A stretch of 64,000 nucleotides of DNA from an uncultured Alphaproteobacteria bacterium (GCA_963732875.1 CAVTBD010000002.1:1687289-1751288); one strand, 5' to 3'. Counted from the first letter of the stretch, positions 1 to 9,889 are shown. Notes: generated by a model not told the origin, from the letters alone. Numbers and translations: made by a program.

Positions 1-104
1 AAGAAACTTTGTCTCGCGATCCTTTTTGAGGATTTTGGTTTTTTCTTCTGCATATTTTTCATCAGAGATTCCGGAAACCTGAGCCGCTTCCTTTTCTTCA
101 GGAG

Positions 105-941
105 TTAAGTCAGATTCTGCAAGCGGCAAGCTGCGACGATCAGGTGTTCTCGGTGACTGCTGCGCACCACGTAGTCGATGTCGGCGCCGTAAGCGACGGC
201 GCGGTTGGCCGGCAGCGTCCACGGCGTCGTGGTCCAGATCACGACCGAGGCGCCTGCAAGCTCTTGGCGCGGCGCGGTCACCGCCGGGAACCGCACCCAC
301 ACGGTGTTCGACGTATGATCCTCGTATTCGACCTCGGCCTCGGCAAGCGAGGTCTTCTCCACCACCGACCACATCACCGGCTTGAAGCCGCGGAACAGCC
401 CGCCGTTCAGCACGAACTTGCCGAGCTCGGCAATGATCGCGGCCTCGGCCTCGTTGGTCATGGTAGTGTAGGGGTTGTCCCACTCGCCCATCACGCCGAG
501 GCGCTTGAACTCCTCGCGCTGCACGTCGATCCACCGGGCGGCGAAGGCACGGCATTCGGCGCGGAAGTCGAGCACCGGCACCTGGTCCTTGTCCTTGCCC
601 GCCTCGCGGTAGCGTTCCTCGATCTTCCACTCGATCGGCAGGCCGTGGCAGTCCCAGCCCGGCACGTAGTTGGCGTCGAAGCCCTCCATCTGCCGGGTGC
701 GGTTGATCACGTCCTTGAGGATCTTGTTGAGCGCGTGGCCGATATGGATGTTGCCGTTGGCATACGGCGGCCCGTCATGGAGGATGAACTTCTCGCGCCC
801 CTTCGCGGCCTCGCGCAGGCGCCGCCACAGGCCGATCTTCTCCCAACGCGCCAGCCACTCTGGCTCGCGCGCGGGCAGGCCCGCCTTCATCGGGAAGTCG
901 GCCTTGGGAAGAAAGACGGTGGATTTGTAATCGCCGCTCAT
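105..941 (-). CDS. ileS: Isoleucyl-tRNA synthetase, N-terminal ~260 aa only (truncated at a junction near 163)
   Basis: [20 protein letters not shown] start, [16 protein letters not shown] (HIGH), [22 protein letters not shown]; similarity ends after ADIDYVVR; directly downstream of ribF as usual. Confidence 0.93.
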   Translation of the reverse strand: MSGDYKSTVFLPKADFPMKAGLPAREPEWLARWEKIGLWRRLREAAKGREKFILHDGPPYANGNIHIGHALNKILKDVINRTRQMEGFDANYVPGWDCHGLPIEWKIEERYREAGKDKDQVPVLDFRAECRAFAARWIDVQREEFKRLGVMGEWDNPYTTMTNEAEAAIIAELGKFVLNGGLFRGFKPVMWSVVEKTSLAEAEVEYEDHTSNTVWVRFPAVTAPRQELAGASVVIWTTTPWTLPANRAVAYGADIDYVVRSSHREHLIVAACRLQNLT

Positions 942-1045
942 GATTTTTGGACGGGGGGCTTTCGCACGGGGGTTCACGGGACGGCGGCATGGAAAGCCAA
1001 TCCGGAGCCCCAGTCAACCTCCGGAGCGGCCCGGTGGCACGCTTT

Positions 1046-1990
1046 TTAGCGGGAATCCGCCGCGAGCGCGGTCCGGGCGTCGGCCACGTCCCGCTTGATC
1101 TGAACCACCAGCGCCGCAACGTCGTCGAATTTGCGCTCGCCGCGCAGGAAAGCATGGAACCGCACCCGGAGCGTCCGGCCATAGAGATCGCCCGCGAAAT
1201 CCATCAGGAACACCTCCATGCGCAGGTCCTGGCCCGCGAACTGGGGCCGGAGCCCGAAGCTCGCCGCGCCGTCGTGCCAGTGCGTGCGCCCGTCCTCCTC
1301 AAACCCGGCGCGCACCGCATAGATGCCCCTGGCGGGCTGCAGGTAATCGTCCATGTCGACGTTGGCGGTCGGGAAGCCGAGCTCGCGCCCGCGCGCGTCG
1401 CCATGGACTACCTCGCCCTCGATCTCCCAGGAATGGCCGAGCAGGCGCGCCGCGGCGGCGGGATCGCCCGCCCGCAGGGCGGCGCGGATGGTGTTGGACG
1501 AGATCACGGCGTCGCCCTCCAGCACCTTGGGCGCCGGCGTCAGGCCGAAGCCCGCCGCCGGCCCCCGCGCGCGCAGCAGCGCGACGTTGCCGGCACGGCG
1601 ATGGCCGAAGGCGAAGTCCTCGCCTACCACCACGTGGCGCACGCCGAGGCGGCCCGCCAGCACATCGCCGATGAAATCTTCCGCCGTCACCTGGGCGAAG
1701 GCACGGTCGAACGCGTAGACGTACATCAGGTCGACGCCGAGGGCTTCCAGCGCGCGCGCCTTGGAGGCGAGCGAGGACAGCCGGAACGGCGCGGCGTCGG
1801 GCTGGAACAGACGGCGCGGGTGGGGCTCGAAGGTGAGCACGGCCGACGGCGCGCCGAGCTCGGCGGCGATGCGCCGGGTTTCGGCGATCACCCCCCGGTG
1901 GCCGCGGTGGACCCCGTCGAAGTTGCCGATGGCGACCACCGCGCCGCGGGCGTCCGCGGGCATGGGGTCGGTATGTCGGATGATGCGCAT
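1046..1990 (-). CDS. ribF: Bifunctional riboflavin kinase/FAD synthetase
   Basis: AIGNFDGVHRGH, TFEPHP, ISSNTIR, GRELGFPTAN, LRGERKF motifs; ATG at 1990. Confidence 0.95.
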   Translation of the reverse strand: MRIIRHTDPMPADARGAVVAIGNFDGVHRGHRGVIAETRRIAAELGAPSAVLTFEPHPRRLFQPDAAPFRLSSLASKARALEALGVDLMYVYAFDRAFAQVTAEDFIGDVLAGRLGVRHVVVGEDFAFGHRRAGNVALLRARGPAAGFGLTPAPKVLEGDAVISSNTIRAALRAGDPAAAARLLGHSWEIEGEVVHGDARGRELGFPTANVDMDDYLQPARGIYAVRAGFEEDGRTHWHDGAASFGLRPQFAGQDLRMEVFLMDFAGDLYGRTLRVRFHAFLRGERKFDDVAALVVQIKRDVADARTALAADSR

Positions 1991-2120
1991 GGCGCGGGAC
2001 GGGTCCTCACAACAGGGCCTGGGTGGGGGCCGGGGCGCCCCCGCGCCCGCCCCCGGCGGATGCGCCCTCAATAGGAAGGCGCGCGCCGGAAAGCAAGGGA
2101 AACAAGGGCCGGTAGACGCC

Positions 2121-2867
2121 TCAGGTCAGTTCCATGGCCATGGTGCCGCCGTCGAGGAACAGATTCTCGCCCCAGACGAAGTCGGAATCATCGGACACCA
2201 TGAACAGGCAGGCCTTGGCCATGTCCTCGGGCACGCCGGTGCGCTCCGCGAGGTTCTTGACGGGCCGGGTCGGGTCGAACTCCTCCTTGCCCACGGGCGA
2301 GCCGATCTTGTTGGGCGAGATGGAGTTGACGCGGATCTTGTGGGGCGCGAGCTGCACCGCCATGGAGCGGGTCAGGTTGATCACGCCGCCCTTGGCCGTG
2401 GTGTAGGCGATGGCGCGCGGCCGGCCGCGCCAGCCCGAGGTCGAGGCGATGTTGAGGATGTTGCCGCCGCCGCCCTGGGCGACCATCTGCTGGGCGACGT
2501 ACTTGCCCATCAGGAACGGCGCGCCGAGCGTGACGGCGATCACCTTGTCCCAGTCCGCCTTGGAGATCTCGAGAATGTGCTGGTTGTCCGAGATGGCGAC
2601 GTTGTTGATGAGGATGTCGATGCGGCCGAACGCCTTGACCACGTCGGCGACCAGCTTCTTGACGGCGTCCTCGTCGGCGACGTTGGCGACGAATCCCTGG
2701 GCCATGCCGCCCGCGGCGACGATGTCCTTGGCGACCTTGTCCGCGCGCGCCTTGTCGAGGTCGACCACGGCGACCTTGGCGCCCTCGCGGGCGAAGGTGT
2801 GCGAGACCGCCTCCCCGATGTTGCGCCCGGCGCCTGTGACGATGGCGACCTTGTCCTTGAGTTTCAT
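2121..2867 (-). CDS. Short-chain dehydrogenase/reductase
   Basis: TGAGRNIG Rossmann motif, YTTAK catalytic motif. Confidence 0.9.
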   Translation of the reverse strand: MKLKDKVAIVTGAGRNIGEAVSHTFAREGAKVAVVDLDKARADKVAKDIVAAGGMAQGFVANVADEDAVKKLVADVVKAFGRIDILINNVAISDNQHILEISKADWDKVIAVTLGAPFLMGKYVAQQMVAQGGGGNILNIASTSGWRGRPRAIAYTTAKGGVINLTRSMAVQLAPHKIRVNSISPNKIGSPVGKEEFDPTRPVKNLAERTGVPEDMAKACLFMVSDDSDFVWGENLFLDGGTMAMELT

Positions 2868-3046
2868 GTGCCGGTTCTCCCTTGTTCTGAGGCGGCGCCA
2901 TTCAACCCCAGCGGCGGCGCAGGGTCAATTCCCGCCCCGGGCGCAGCGCGAGGCCGGGAAGCGGTGTTGTTCGGGACCGCGCAAAGCGGCTATTCTCTGC
3001 CCCGAACCGCCCTTAATACCCCGCCAGACCAGAAGGATGACCGCCG

Positions 3047-3265
3047 ATGGCGCGCATGCCCAAAATCCCGAAAGTCCGGGAATACGTCGAGTTGAAGCTG
3101 GGCGACGGGTCCGTGATGAAGGGCTACGTGTTCATCGAGGCGACCTCGCGCATCCAGGATCTTCTGAACGCGGACTTGCCCTTCTTCCCGTTCATCGACG
3201 AGCACGAGCAGATTCACCTGCTCAACAAGAACTGGGTCAAGGTCGTGCGCCCGTTCGACGGCTGA
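3047..3265 (+). CDS. Small hypothetical protein (72 aa)
   Basis: Host-like codon usage, AGAAGGA upstream, plausible globular beta-rich sequence. Confidence 0.7.
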   Translation: MARMPKIPKVREYVELKLGDGSVMKGYVFIEATSRIQDLLNADLPFFPFIDEHEQIHLLNKNWVKVVRPFDG

Positions 3266-3327
3266 TCGCGGGACCCCGTATCGCCACGCGCCTGCAACCA
3301 AGAAAACATCCTCAGGGGGACGCTCAC

Positions 3328-4311
3328 ATGGCAGACAAGCTCAAGCTCACCGTCGGCATCGAACGCTACGACCGGCACTTCCCGTTCTTCGACAGCACCG
3401 TGCCCGTGCCCGACGGGATGGAGCTCAAGGTGTTCCAGGTCGGCCAGAGCGTGACGCTGCGCGACGGCACCGACCGCCACGGCCGCATGCTGCACGGCAA
3501 GGAGTTCGACGTCGCCGAATTCTCGATGTCGAGCTACCTGATGGCCAAGGGCCGCGGCATGCCGATCGCCGGCATTCCCGTGTTCCCGCGGCGCCTGTTC
3601 AGCCAGAGCCAGATGTGGGTGCACCCCAAATCCAACCTGTGGCATCCCAAGGACCTGATCGGCAAGAAGGTGGCGCTGTCGTCGTTCCAGACCACGCTGT
3701 CGCTGCTGGCCAAGGGCGACATGAAGTTCTACTACGACGTGCCATGGGAGAAGATCCACTGGCTGCTGACCACCGAGGAGAAGGTGAAATTCAAGGTGAA
3801 GGAGGGCGTGAAGCTCGACTTCATCGGCGACCGCCAGGACCTCGGCCGCGCGCTCGAAACCAAGGAGATCGACGCGTTCTTCCTGCCCCACCCGCCGCAT
3901 TCGGTGGTATCCGGCGCAACCCAGGCACGGCGCCTGTTCGCCGACTGCAAGGCCGAGGAGCTCGCCTACTACGAGAAGGTCGGCGACTACCCGATCATGC
4001 ACGTGGTCGCCATCCGCCAGGAGGTGGTCGACAAGAACCCGTGGGTCGCCATGGCGGTGTTCAAGCTGTTCAACGACGCCAAGGACATCGCCGAGAGCTA
4101 CTACGAGGACCCCAACTGGTCGCGGCTCGCCTGGGGGCGCCACTACTTCGAGGAGGAGCGCCAGCTGTTCGTCCGCGACCCGTGGGAGAACGGGTTCAAG
4201 CGCAACTACAAGAACATCGAGCGGTTCATCAAATACTCCCACGACCAGGGCCTGATCGACTCTGCCTACCCGCCCGAAACCCTGTTCTGCAAGGAGACGC
4301 TGGACACCTAG
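3328..4311 (+). CDS. 4,5-dihydroxyphthalate decarboxylase-like / periplasmic-binding-fold protein
   Basis: AGGGGG RBS before ATG 3328; FDVAEFSMSSY, PVFPRRLF, YPIMHVVAIR motifs typical of the PhtD/OphC-like family. Confidence 0.75.
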   Translation: MADKLKLTVGIERYDRHFPFFDSTVPVPDGMELKVFQVGQSVTLRDGTDRHGRMLHGKEFDVAEFSMSSYLMAKGRGMPIAGIPVFPRRLFSQSQMWVHPKSNLWHPKDLIGKKVALSSFQTTLSLLAKGDMKFYYDVPWEKIHWLLTTEEKVKFKVKEGVKLDFIGDRQDLGRALETKEIDAFFLPHPPHSVVSGATQARRLFADCKAEELAYYEKVGDYPIMHVVAIRQEVVDKNPWVAMAVFKLFNDAKDIAESYYEDPNWSRLAWGRHYFEEERQLFVRDPWENGFKRNYKNIERFIKYSHDQGLIDSAYPPETLFCKETLDT

Positions 4312-4353
4312 AGCAGGGTCGGTTCGGATCGTTCCGATCCGATCGGGCTCCAG
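4308..4353. repeat. Internally deleted copy of a RIME-like (CTAGAGC...GCTCTAG) intergenic element
   Basis: First 22 nt (ctagagcagggtcggttcggat) are identical to 41680-41701; the rest matches the right end of that element; it supplies the TAG stop of the upstream gene. Confidence 0.7.
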
Positions 4354-4547
4354 GCGTCCCGCACGCGTCCGTCGCGCTTTCCCCGCCGCCTCGGACGGGC
4401 TAGACTTTTCCATCATTTACCGGCCCGAGCCCGGACCCTCACGCACGCGGACCACGGCCCGCATGCCAACGACGAGGGACCGGAACACGGCCATCACGCA
4501 ACGGGCGCGGCCGGAACAGGCGGACGCGCCTTCTGGGAGCTGACCAA

Positions 4548-5642
4548 ATGAAAAAGGCAGTCATGATCGTGCCGGCCCTCGGGCTGGCGGTTTTCGCCGG
4601 CCTGCCGGCAAGCCCCGCGTCGGCCGACGCGGTGTCTGATTTCTACCAGGGCCGCCGGATCGAAATGATTATCCGCACCCCGCCGGGGGGCGGCTACGAC
4701 CTAAGTGCACGCCTGCTGATGCGTCACATGCCGCGCCATATCCCCGGCACGCCGACGGCGGTCAACGTCAACATGCCGGGCGGTGGCGGCATCAAGGCCG
4801 CCAACTACGTCGCCAAGGTGGCGCCGCGCGACGGCTCGGTGCTGACCATCGTCAGCGGTTCCATCCCGATGTATCAGGGGCTCCAGCTCGGCGGCAAACT
4901 CCAGGCCGACATGAAGGCGTTCAACTGGATCGGCGTGATATCGACCGCGAACCGGGTGCTGGCCGTCTGGCACACCTCGCCGGCCCATACCGTTGCGGAC
5001 ATGAAGAAGCGCACGATCAACATCGGCGCCACCGGCGCGGGCTCGCCGTCGGTGATCCTGCCGGCAGTCCTCAACAACGTGCTCGGCACCAAGCTCAAGA
5101 TCATCACGGGCTACCCAGGGGGCAACGAAATCGATGCCGCGATGGAGAAGGGCGAGCTCGAGGGCCGCGGCTCCAATCCGTGGTCGAGCTGGGTGGCGAG
5201 CTCACCGCGACTGGTCCGGGACAAGCTGGTCCGGCCGATGGTCCAGGTCGGGTTCAAGGCGGACCCGGAGCTGCCCGGCGTCGTGCCCCTGCTGAAGGAC
5301 CTCGGCGAAAACCCCAAGCAGACCGAGATCCTCACCTACGTGACCAAGGCGTTCATGACGGGCTTCCCGTTCGCGACCGCCCAGGGCGTGCCCGCCGACC
5401 GGGTCAAGGCACTTCGCGCCGCGTTCGACGCGACCATGAAGGACAAGTCGTTCCTGGCCGAGGCCAAGCGCACGCGTACCGACGTGGCCCCCACGGACGG
5501 TGTCGCGCTGCAAAAGCTGGTCACCGATATCGTCGATGTCTCGCCCGAGCTGCGTGAAGAGGTGCGTACCGCGATCACACCGCCCGGGGCTTATTACGGC
5601 AGGCTCAAGGGCGCGAAGAAGAAGAGCAAGAAGAAGAAGTAA
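4548..5642 (+). CDS. Tripartite tricarboxylate transporter substrate-binding protein (Bug/TctC family), copy 1
   Basis: Signal peptide, PPGGGYDLSAR, NMPGGGG, GYPGG...GELEG motifs; Lys-rich C-terminus. Confidence 0.9.
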   Translation: MKKAVMIVPALGLAVFAGLPASPASADAVSDFYQGRRIEMIIRTPPGGGYDLSARLLMRHMPRHIPGTPTAVNVNMPGGGGIKAANYVAKVAPRDGSVLTIVSGSIPMYQGLQLGGKLQADMKAFNWIGVISTANRVLAVWHTSPAHTVADMKKRTINIGATGAGSPSVILPAVLNNVLGTKLKIITGYPGGNEIDAAMEKGELEGRGSNPWSSWVASSPRLVRDKLVRPMVQVGFKADPELPGVVPLLKDLGENPKQTEILTYVTKAFMTGFPFATAQGVPADRVKALRAAFDATMKDKSFLAEAKRTRTDVAPTDGVALQKLVTDIVDVSPELREEVRTAITPPGAYYGRLKGAKKKSKKKK

Positions 5643-5664
5643 GGACGGGAATCTTTTCGATTGG

Positions 5665-5691
5665 AGAGGCCGGCGCACGCCGGCCTCTTTT
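5665..5691 (+). terminator. Intrinsic terminator hairpin
   Basis: agaggccggcg-ca-cgccggcctct followed by T-tract; same hairpin at 7057-7080. Confidence 0.75.
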
Positions 5692-5775
5692 CTATCTGCC
5701 GGCCGCATGGGACCGGCGCGCAGGAGGCTGCCGTCGTTGGCCGCCATCGGCACCCGGCCCATGGCCCATCGCGCT
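5692..5775 (-). pseudogene. Degenerate duplicate of the 3' end of the ggt-family gene
   Basis: Translates MGRVPMAANDGSLLRAG vs MGRVLMAANDGSLLRAG at the end of the 7084-8892 gene. Confidence 0.8.
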
Positions 5776-5935
5776 TCCCCCGCCCCGAACGGCGGGCTAG
5801 TCTCCGTTCATCCGGTCCATGCCCGGAACCTCCCGCACGCGGCCCAGCGCCGTGCCAACGACGGGAGGCGGGGATGCGGCCATCACGCAACGGGCGCGGC
5901 CGCAACCGGCGGGCGCGCCCTCTGGGAGGTAACCC

Positions 5936-7036
5936 ATGAAAAAGGCAGTCATGACCCTGCCGGCCCTCGGGCTGGCGGTTTTCGCCGGCCTGCCGGCAAG
6001 CCCCGCGTCCGCCGACGCGGTATCCGATTTCTACCAGGGCCGTCAGATCAAGATGATCATCCGCACCGCATCGGGCGGCGGCTACGACCTCTACGCGCGC
6101 CTGCTGATGCGCCACATGACGCGCCACATCCCGGGTCATCCCAGCGCGGTCAACGTCAACATGCCGGGCGGCGGCGGTCTCAAGGCGGCCAACTACGTCG
6201 CCAAGGTGGCGCCGCGCGACGGCTCGATCCTGACCATCGTCAGCCAGGCGCTGCCCATGTACCAGGGCCTCAAGCTCGGCACCAAGCTCGAAGCCGACAT
6301 GAAGGCGTTCAACTGGATCGGCAACATGTCGAAGTCGAACCAGGTGTTCGTGGTGTGGCACACCTCGCCCGCCAGGACCGTGGACGATCTCAAGAAGCGC
6401 GTGGTGACCATGGGCGGCACCGGCGCAGGCTCGGCCTCGGTGCAGCTGCCCGCCGTCTACAACAACGTGCTCGGCACCAGGCTCAAGATCATCTACGGCT
6501 ACAAGTCGGGTACCGAGATCAACTTCGCCATGGAGCGGGGCGAGCTCGAAGGCCGCGGCACCAACCCGTGGGCGAGCTGGGTGTCGGCGACGCCGCGCCT
6601 CGTCGAGAAGAAGCTGATCCGCCCGCTGATCCAGGTCGGGCTGGAGAAAGACCCGGCGCTGCCCAACGTGGCGCTGCTCAAGGACCTCGGCAAGACGCCC
6701 GAGGAGACCGCGATCCTCACCTACGTCTCCAAGGCCGTGGTGGTGGGCCGTCCCATCGCCGTCGCCCAAGGCGTGCCCGCCGACCGGGTCGCGGCGCTGC
6801 GCGCGGCGTTCGACGCGACCCTCAAGGACCCGAAGTTCATGGCCGACGCCAAGCGTGAGCGTGCCGACATCGACGCCATGACCGGCGTTGAGCTGCAGCA
6901 GCTGGTGGCCGACGTGGTCGACGTGCCCGACGCGCTGCGCGAGAAGGTGCGCGCCGCCATCGTGCCCCACAAGACCGATGCGTCGAAGAAGGCAGGCGGC
7001 AAGAAGGGCAAGAAGAAAAAGAAGAAGAACGGCTAG
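5936..7036 (+). CDS. Bug/TctC family substrate-binding protein, copy 2
   Basis: Close paralog of 4548-5642 with near-identical N-terminus (MKKAVM..PALGLAVFAGLPASPASADAVSDFYQGR); poly-Lys tail. Confidence 0.9.
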   Translation: MKKAVMTLPALGLAVFAGLPASPASADAVSDFYQGRQIKMIIRTASGGGYDLYARLLMRHMTRHIPGHPSAVNVNMPGGGGLKAANYVAKVAPRDGSILTIVSQALPMYQGLKLGTKLEADMKAFNWIGNMSKSNQVFVVWHTSPARTVDDLKKRVVTMGGTGAGSASVQLPAVYNNVLGTRLKIIYGYKSGTEINFAMERGELEGRGTNPWASWVSATPRLVEKKLIRPLIQVGLEKDPALPNVALLKDLGKTPEETAILTYVSKAVVVGRPIAVAQGVPADRVAALRAAFDATLKDPKFMADAKRERADIDAMTGVELQQLVADVVDVPDALREKVRAAIVPHKTDASKKAGGKKGKKKKKKNG

Positions 7037-7056
7037 GTTCCGGACCCATCCCTCAG

Positions 7057-7080
7057 AGAGGCCGGCGCACGCCGGCCTCT
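7057..7080. terminator. Hairpin between convergent tctC and ggt, likely bidirectional terminator
   Basis: agaggccggcg-ca-cgccggcctct inverted repeat. Confidence 0.7.
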
Positions 7081-7083
7081 TCC

Positions 7084-8892
7084 TTATCTGCCGGCCACGT
7101 AGGACTGCATGAAGCGCGAGGTCGCGCCGGCGCGCAGCAGGCTGCCGTCGTTGGCCGCCATCAGCACGCGGCCCATGGTCCAGCGCGGGCTTTCCTCGAC
7201 CCGGTGGCCGCGGCGCTTGAGCTCGGCCACGGTCGCTTCCGGGTAGCCGCCCTCGACGCCGAGATGGCCCGGATAAGCGTCGCGCGGCCAGAACGAGTTG
7301 GGGAAGTGCAGGGTCTCGAACAGCGGCAGGTCGATCGCCTCCTGCAGGTTGAGACCGAAATGGACGTGGCGCAGGAAGCAGGTGAGCGGCCACTGGTCCT
7401 GCATGTCGCCGCCGGGCGTGCCGAACGCCATGTAGGGCGTGCCGTCCCGGAGCGCGAACGACGGCGACAGCGTGGTGCGCGGCCGCTTGCCGGGCGCCAG
7501 GCCGCATGGATGGTCGGCGTCGAGCCAGAACATCTGGGCGCGCGTGCCGAGCGGGAAGCCGAGGCCGGGCACGGCGGGCGAGCTTTGCAGCCAGGCGCCC
7601 GACGGCGTCGCCGAGACGATGTTGCCGAAGCGGTCGACCACGTCGATGTGCACCGTGTCGGAGCGCGCGCCCTTGTTCAACGCGGCGTCCAGCACGGCGC
7701 CGGGCTCGCCCGCGCCCGCGCCCGCGCCGCCCGCGCCGTCGCCCACCAGGATGCGCTTGGCGCCGAAGCCCGGCACGTCGCCCGGTCGCAATTCCAGCGA
7801 GGCGCGTTCCGTGACCAGCTTGCGGCGCGCGTCGTTGTAGGCATCCGACAGCAGCACGTCCATCGGCACCTTGGCGAATTCGGGATCGCCGTAGAACTTC
7901 TCGCGGTCGGCGAAGGCGAGCTTGGCGCATTCGATCACGGTATGGACGAAGTCGGGGCCGAGCGGGTCCAGGACGCCGAGATCGAAGCCCTTGATCAGCG
8001 CCAGGGTCTGCAGCGCCACCGGCCCCTGGCTCCACGGCCCGCCCTTGGCCAGCGTGTAGCCGTGATAGTCGTAGGTGAGCGGCGCCTCGTAGGGCGCGCT
8101 CCAGCGCGCCATGTCGTCGCCGGTGAGCAGCCCGCCGTGATAGTCGCCCGACGAATCGAGCATCTTCTCGTCGCGGCAGAAGCGATCGACGGCGTCGGCG
8201 ACGAAGCCTTCCTTCCACACCCCGCGGGCGCGCGCGATCACCGCCTCTCGGCCACCACCCCCCGCTTCCGCCTCGCGGATCACGCGCCGATAGGTCGCGG
8301 CGAGCTGCGGCAGGCGGTAGAGCATGCGCGCACGCGGCGCCTCGCCGCCCACCAGATAGGCCTCGACCGAGCTCCGCCATTCGGTGACGAACACCTCGCG
8401 TACCGACTCGATCGCACCCGCCACCATGGGCGGCACGGGATAGCCGGTCTCGGCATAGCCGAGCGCGGGCGCCAAAACGTCCGCGAGCGAAAGCGTGCCG
8501 TGGTCGGCGAGCAGCATCATCCAGGTATCGAACGCGGCGGGCACGGTCGCCGCCATCAGGCCGGTGCCGGGGATGGTGTCGAAGCCGGCGTCCCGGTAGG
8601 CCGCGATAGTGGCCGCCGCCGGCGCCGGGCCCTGGCCCGCCAGCATGGTGACGGCACCGCCCTCCTTCGAGAACAGGATCGGCACCTCGCCGAGCGGTCC
8701 GCACATGTGGGGCTGGACCACCTGCAGGGTGAACCCCGCCGCCACCGCGGCGTCGAAGGCGTTGCCGCCCTGCTCCAGCATCGCCATGCCGGCCGCCGAG
8801 GCGAGCCAGTGGGAGGACGCGACCATGCCGAAGGTGCCGAGCAGCTCCGGCCGTGTGGTCGGGAAGCCCCCGAGATTGCGCGCGCCGGCCAT
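7084..8892 (-). CDS. Gamma-glutamyltransferase family protein (Ntn hydrolase)
   Basis: GGNAFDAAVAAGFTL, nucleophile D-T-V-H, PGKRPRTTLSP, FGTPGGD motifs. Confidence 0.92.
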   Translation of the reverse strand: MAGARNLGGFPTTRPELLGTFGMVASSHWLASAAGMAMLEQGGNAFDAAVAAGFTLQVVQPHMCGPLGEVPILFSKEGGAVTMLAGQGPAPAAATIAAYRDAGFDTIPGTGLMAATVPAAFDTWMMLLADHGTLSLADVLAPALGYAETGYPVPPMVAGAIESVREVFVTEWRSSVEAYLVGGEAPRARMLYRLPQLAATYRRVIREAEAGGGGREAVIARARGVWKEGFVADAVDRFCRDEKMLDSSGDYHGGLLTGDDMARWSAPYEAPLTYDYHGYTLAKGGPWSQGPVALQTLALIKGFDLGVLDPLGPDFVHTVIECAKLAFADREKFYGDPEFAKVPMDVLLSDAYNDARRKLVTERASLELRPGDVPGFGAKRILVGDGAGGAGAGAGEPGAVLDAALNKGARSDTVHIDVVDRFGNIVSATPSGAWLQSSPAVPGLGFPLGTRAQMFWLDADHPCGLAPGKRPRTTLSPSFALRDGTPYMAFGTPGGDMQDQWPLTCFLRHVHFGLNLQEAIDLPLFETLHFPNSFWPRDAYPGHLGVEGGYPEATVAELKRRGHRVEESPRWTMGRVLMAANDGSLLRAGATSRFMQSYVAGR

Positions 8893-9015
8893 GTCGCCGT
8901 TTCTCCCTCGTTCGCCTTGAAACCGTTTCGGCCAATTCTATAGTGGCCGGCAACCACATCACAACGCCCGGGGCCGTCCCGAAGGCGGCCGCAACACAGG
9001 GGGACCACCAACGTC

Positions 9016-9741
9016 ATGGCCGACGACACCAGCATCCTTGCCATGCATTCGGGCTACGACACCGACGGCGTCTATACCGACGGCTTCCTCGCGCGCCCGG
9101 CGCGCGGCACGGGGCTGCCGGGCGTGGTGCTGCTGTCGGGCATGGGCGGCATGACCTGGACCCAGCGCGAGATCACGCGGCGCTTCGCGCGCGCGGGCTT
9201 CGTCGCGCTCTCGCCCGACTACATGGGCGAGGCCCTCGACGGCCACGCCGAGCGGCTGCGCGCCAAGAACGCGCTGGACGTGGACGCCGCCGTCAGCCGG
9301 ATCGTCGGTGCCGCCGCCTTCCTGCGCTCGCTGCCATGGGTCGGCGACAAGGGCGCCGTCGGCATCATGGGCTTCTGCCTCGGCGGCGGGCTCGCGATCC
9401 TGGCCGCGGCGCGCAGCCGTGCGTTCCAGGCGAGCGTGATCTACCACCACAGCCTGTTCCCCGACGAGAGCGAGCTCGACGGGCTTGACGGCCCGATGCA
9501 GTACCACATCGGCACCGACGACCATTCGACGCCCCGGGTCGAACTCGAGGCCTTCACCGCCGCGCTCGAGCGAAGGCGCAAACCGTGCGAGGTCAACTGG
9601 TACGAGGGCATGGGCCACAGCTTCGCCCAGATCACGCCCGACGCCGACGTGCCCGCCGCCCAGAAGGAGGCGTCGGATCTCTCCTATCAGCGCAGCTTCG
9701 AGTTCCTGCACCGCGCGCTCTCGGGCAAGCGCGGGGCGTAA
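9016..9741 (+). CDS. Dienelactone hydrolase family protein
   Basis: GFCLGG nucleophile elbow, D and GHSF triad residues. Confidence 0.88.
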   Translation: MADDTSILAMHSGYDTDGVYTDGFLARPARGTGLPGVVLLSGMGGMTWTQREITRRFARAGFVALSPDYMGEALDGHAERLRAKNALDVDAAVSRIVGAAAFLRSLPWVGDKGAVGIMGFCLGGGLAILAAARSRAFQASVIYHHSLFPDESELDGLDGPMQYHIGTDDHSTPRVELEAFTAALERRRKPCEVNWYEGMGHSFAQITPDADVPAAQKEASDLSYQRSFEFLHRALSGKRGA

Positions 9742-9769
9742 GACGCGATTCGTTTGGGCCGCCTCATGT

Positions 9770-9864
9770 CGTCATCGCGAGGAGCGTAGCGACGAAGCGA
9801 TCCAGACTGCGCGTGGCCCCTACTGGATTGCTTCCGCCTCGCGACGCTCGGCGTCGCAATGACG
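9770..9864. repeat. Alphaproteobacterial REP-like palindromic element (GTCAT.GCGAG...GAAGC.ATCC / GGATTGCTTC...CGCAATGAC)
   Basis: Terminal inverted repeats cgtcatcgcga / tcgcaatgacg and inner gaagcgatccag / ctggattgcttc. Confidence 0.75.
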
Positions 9865-9889
9865 CGCCAGGCATTTTTCGCAGGAGCGG

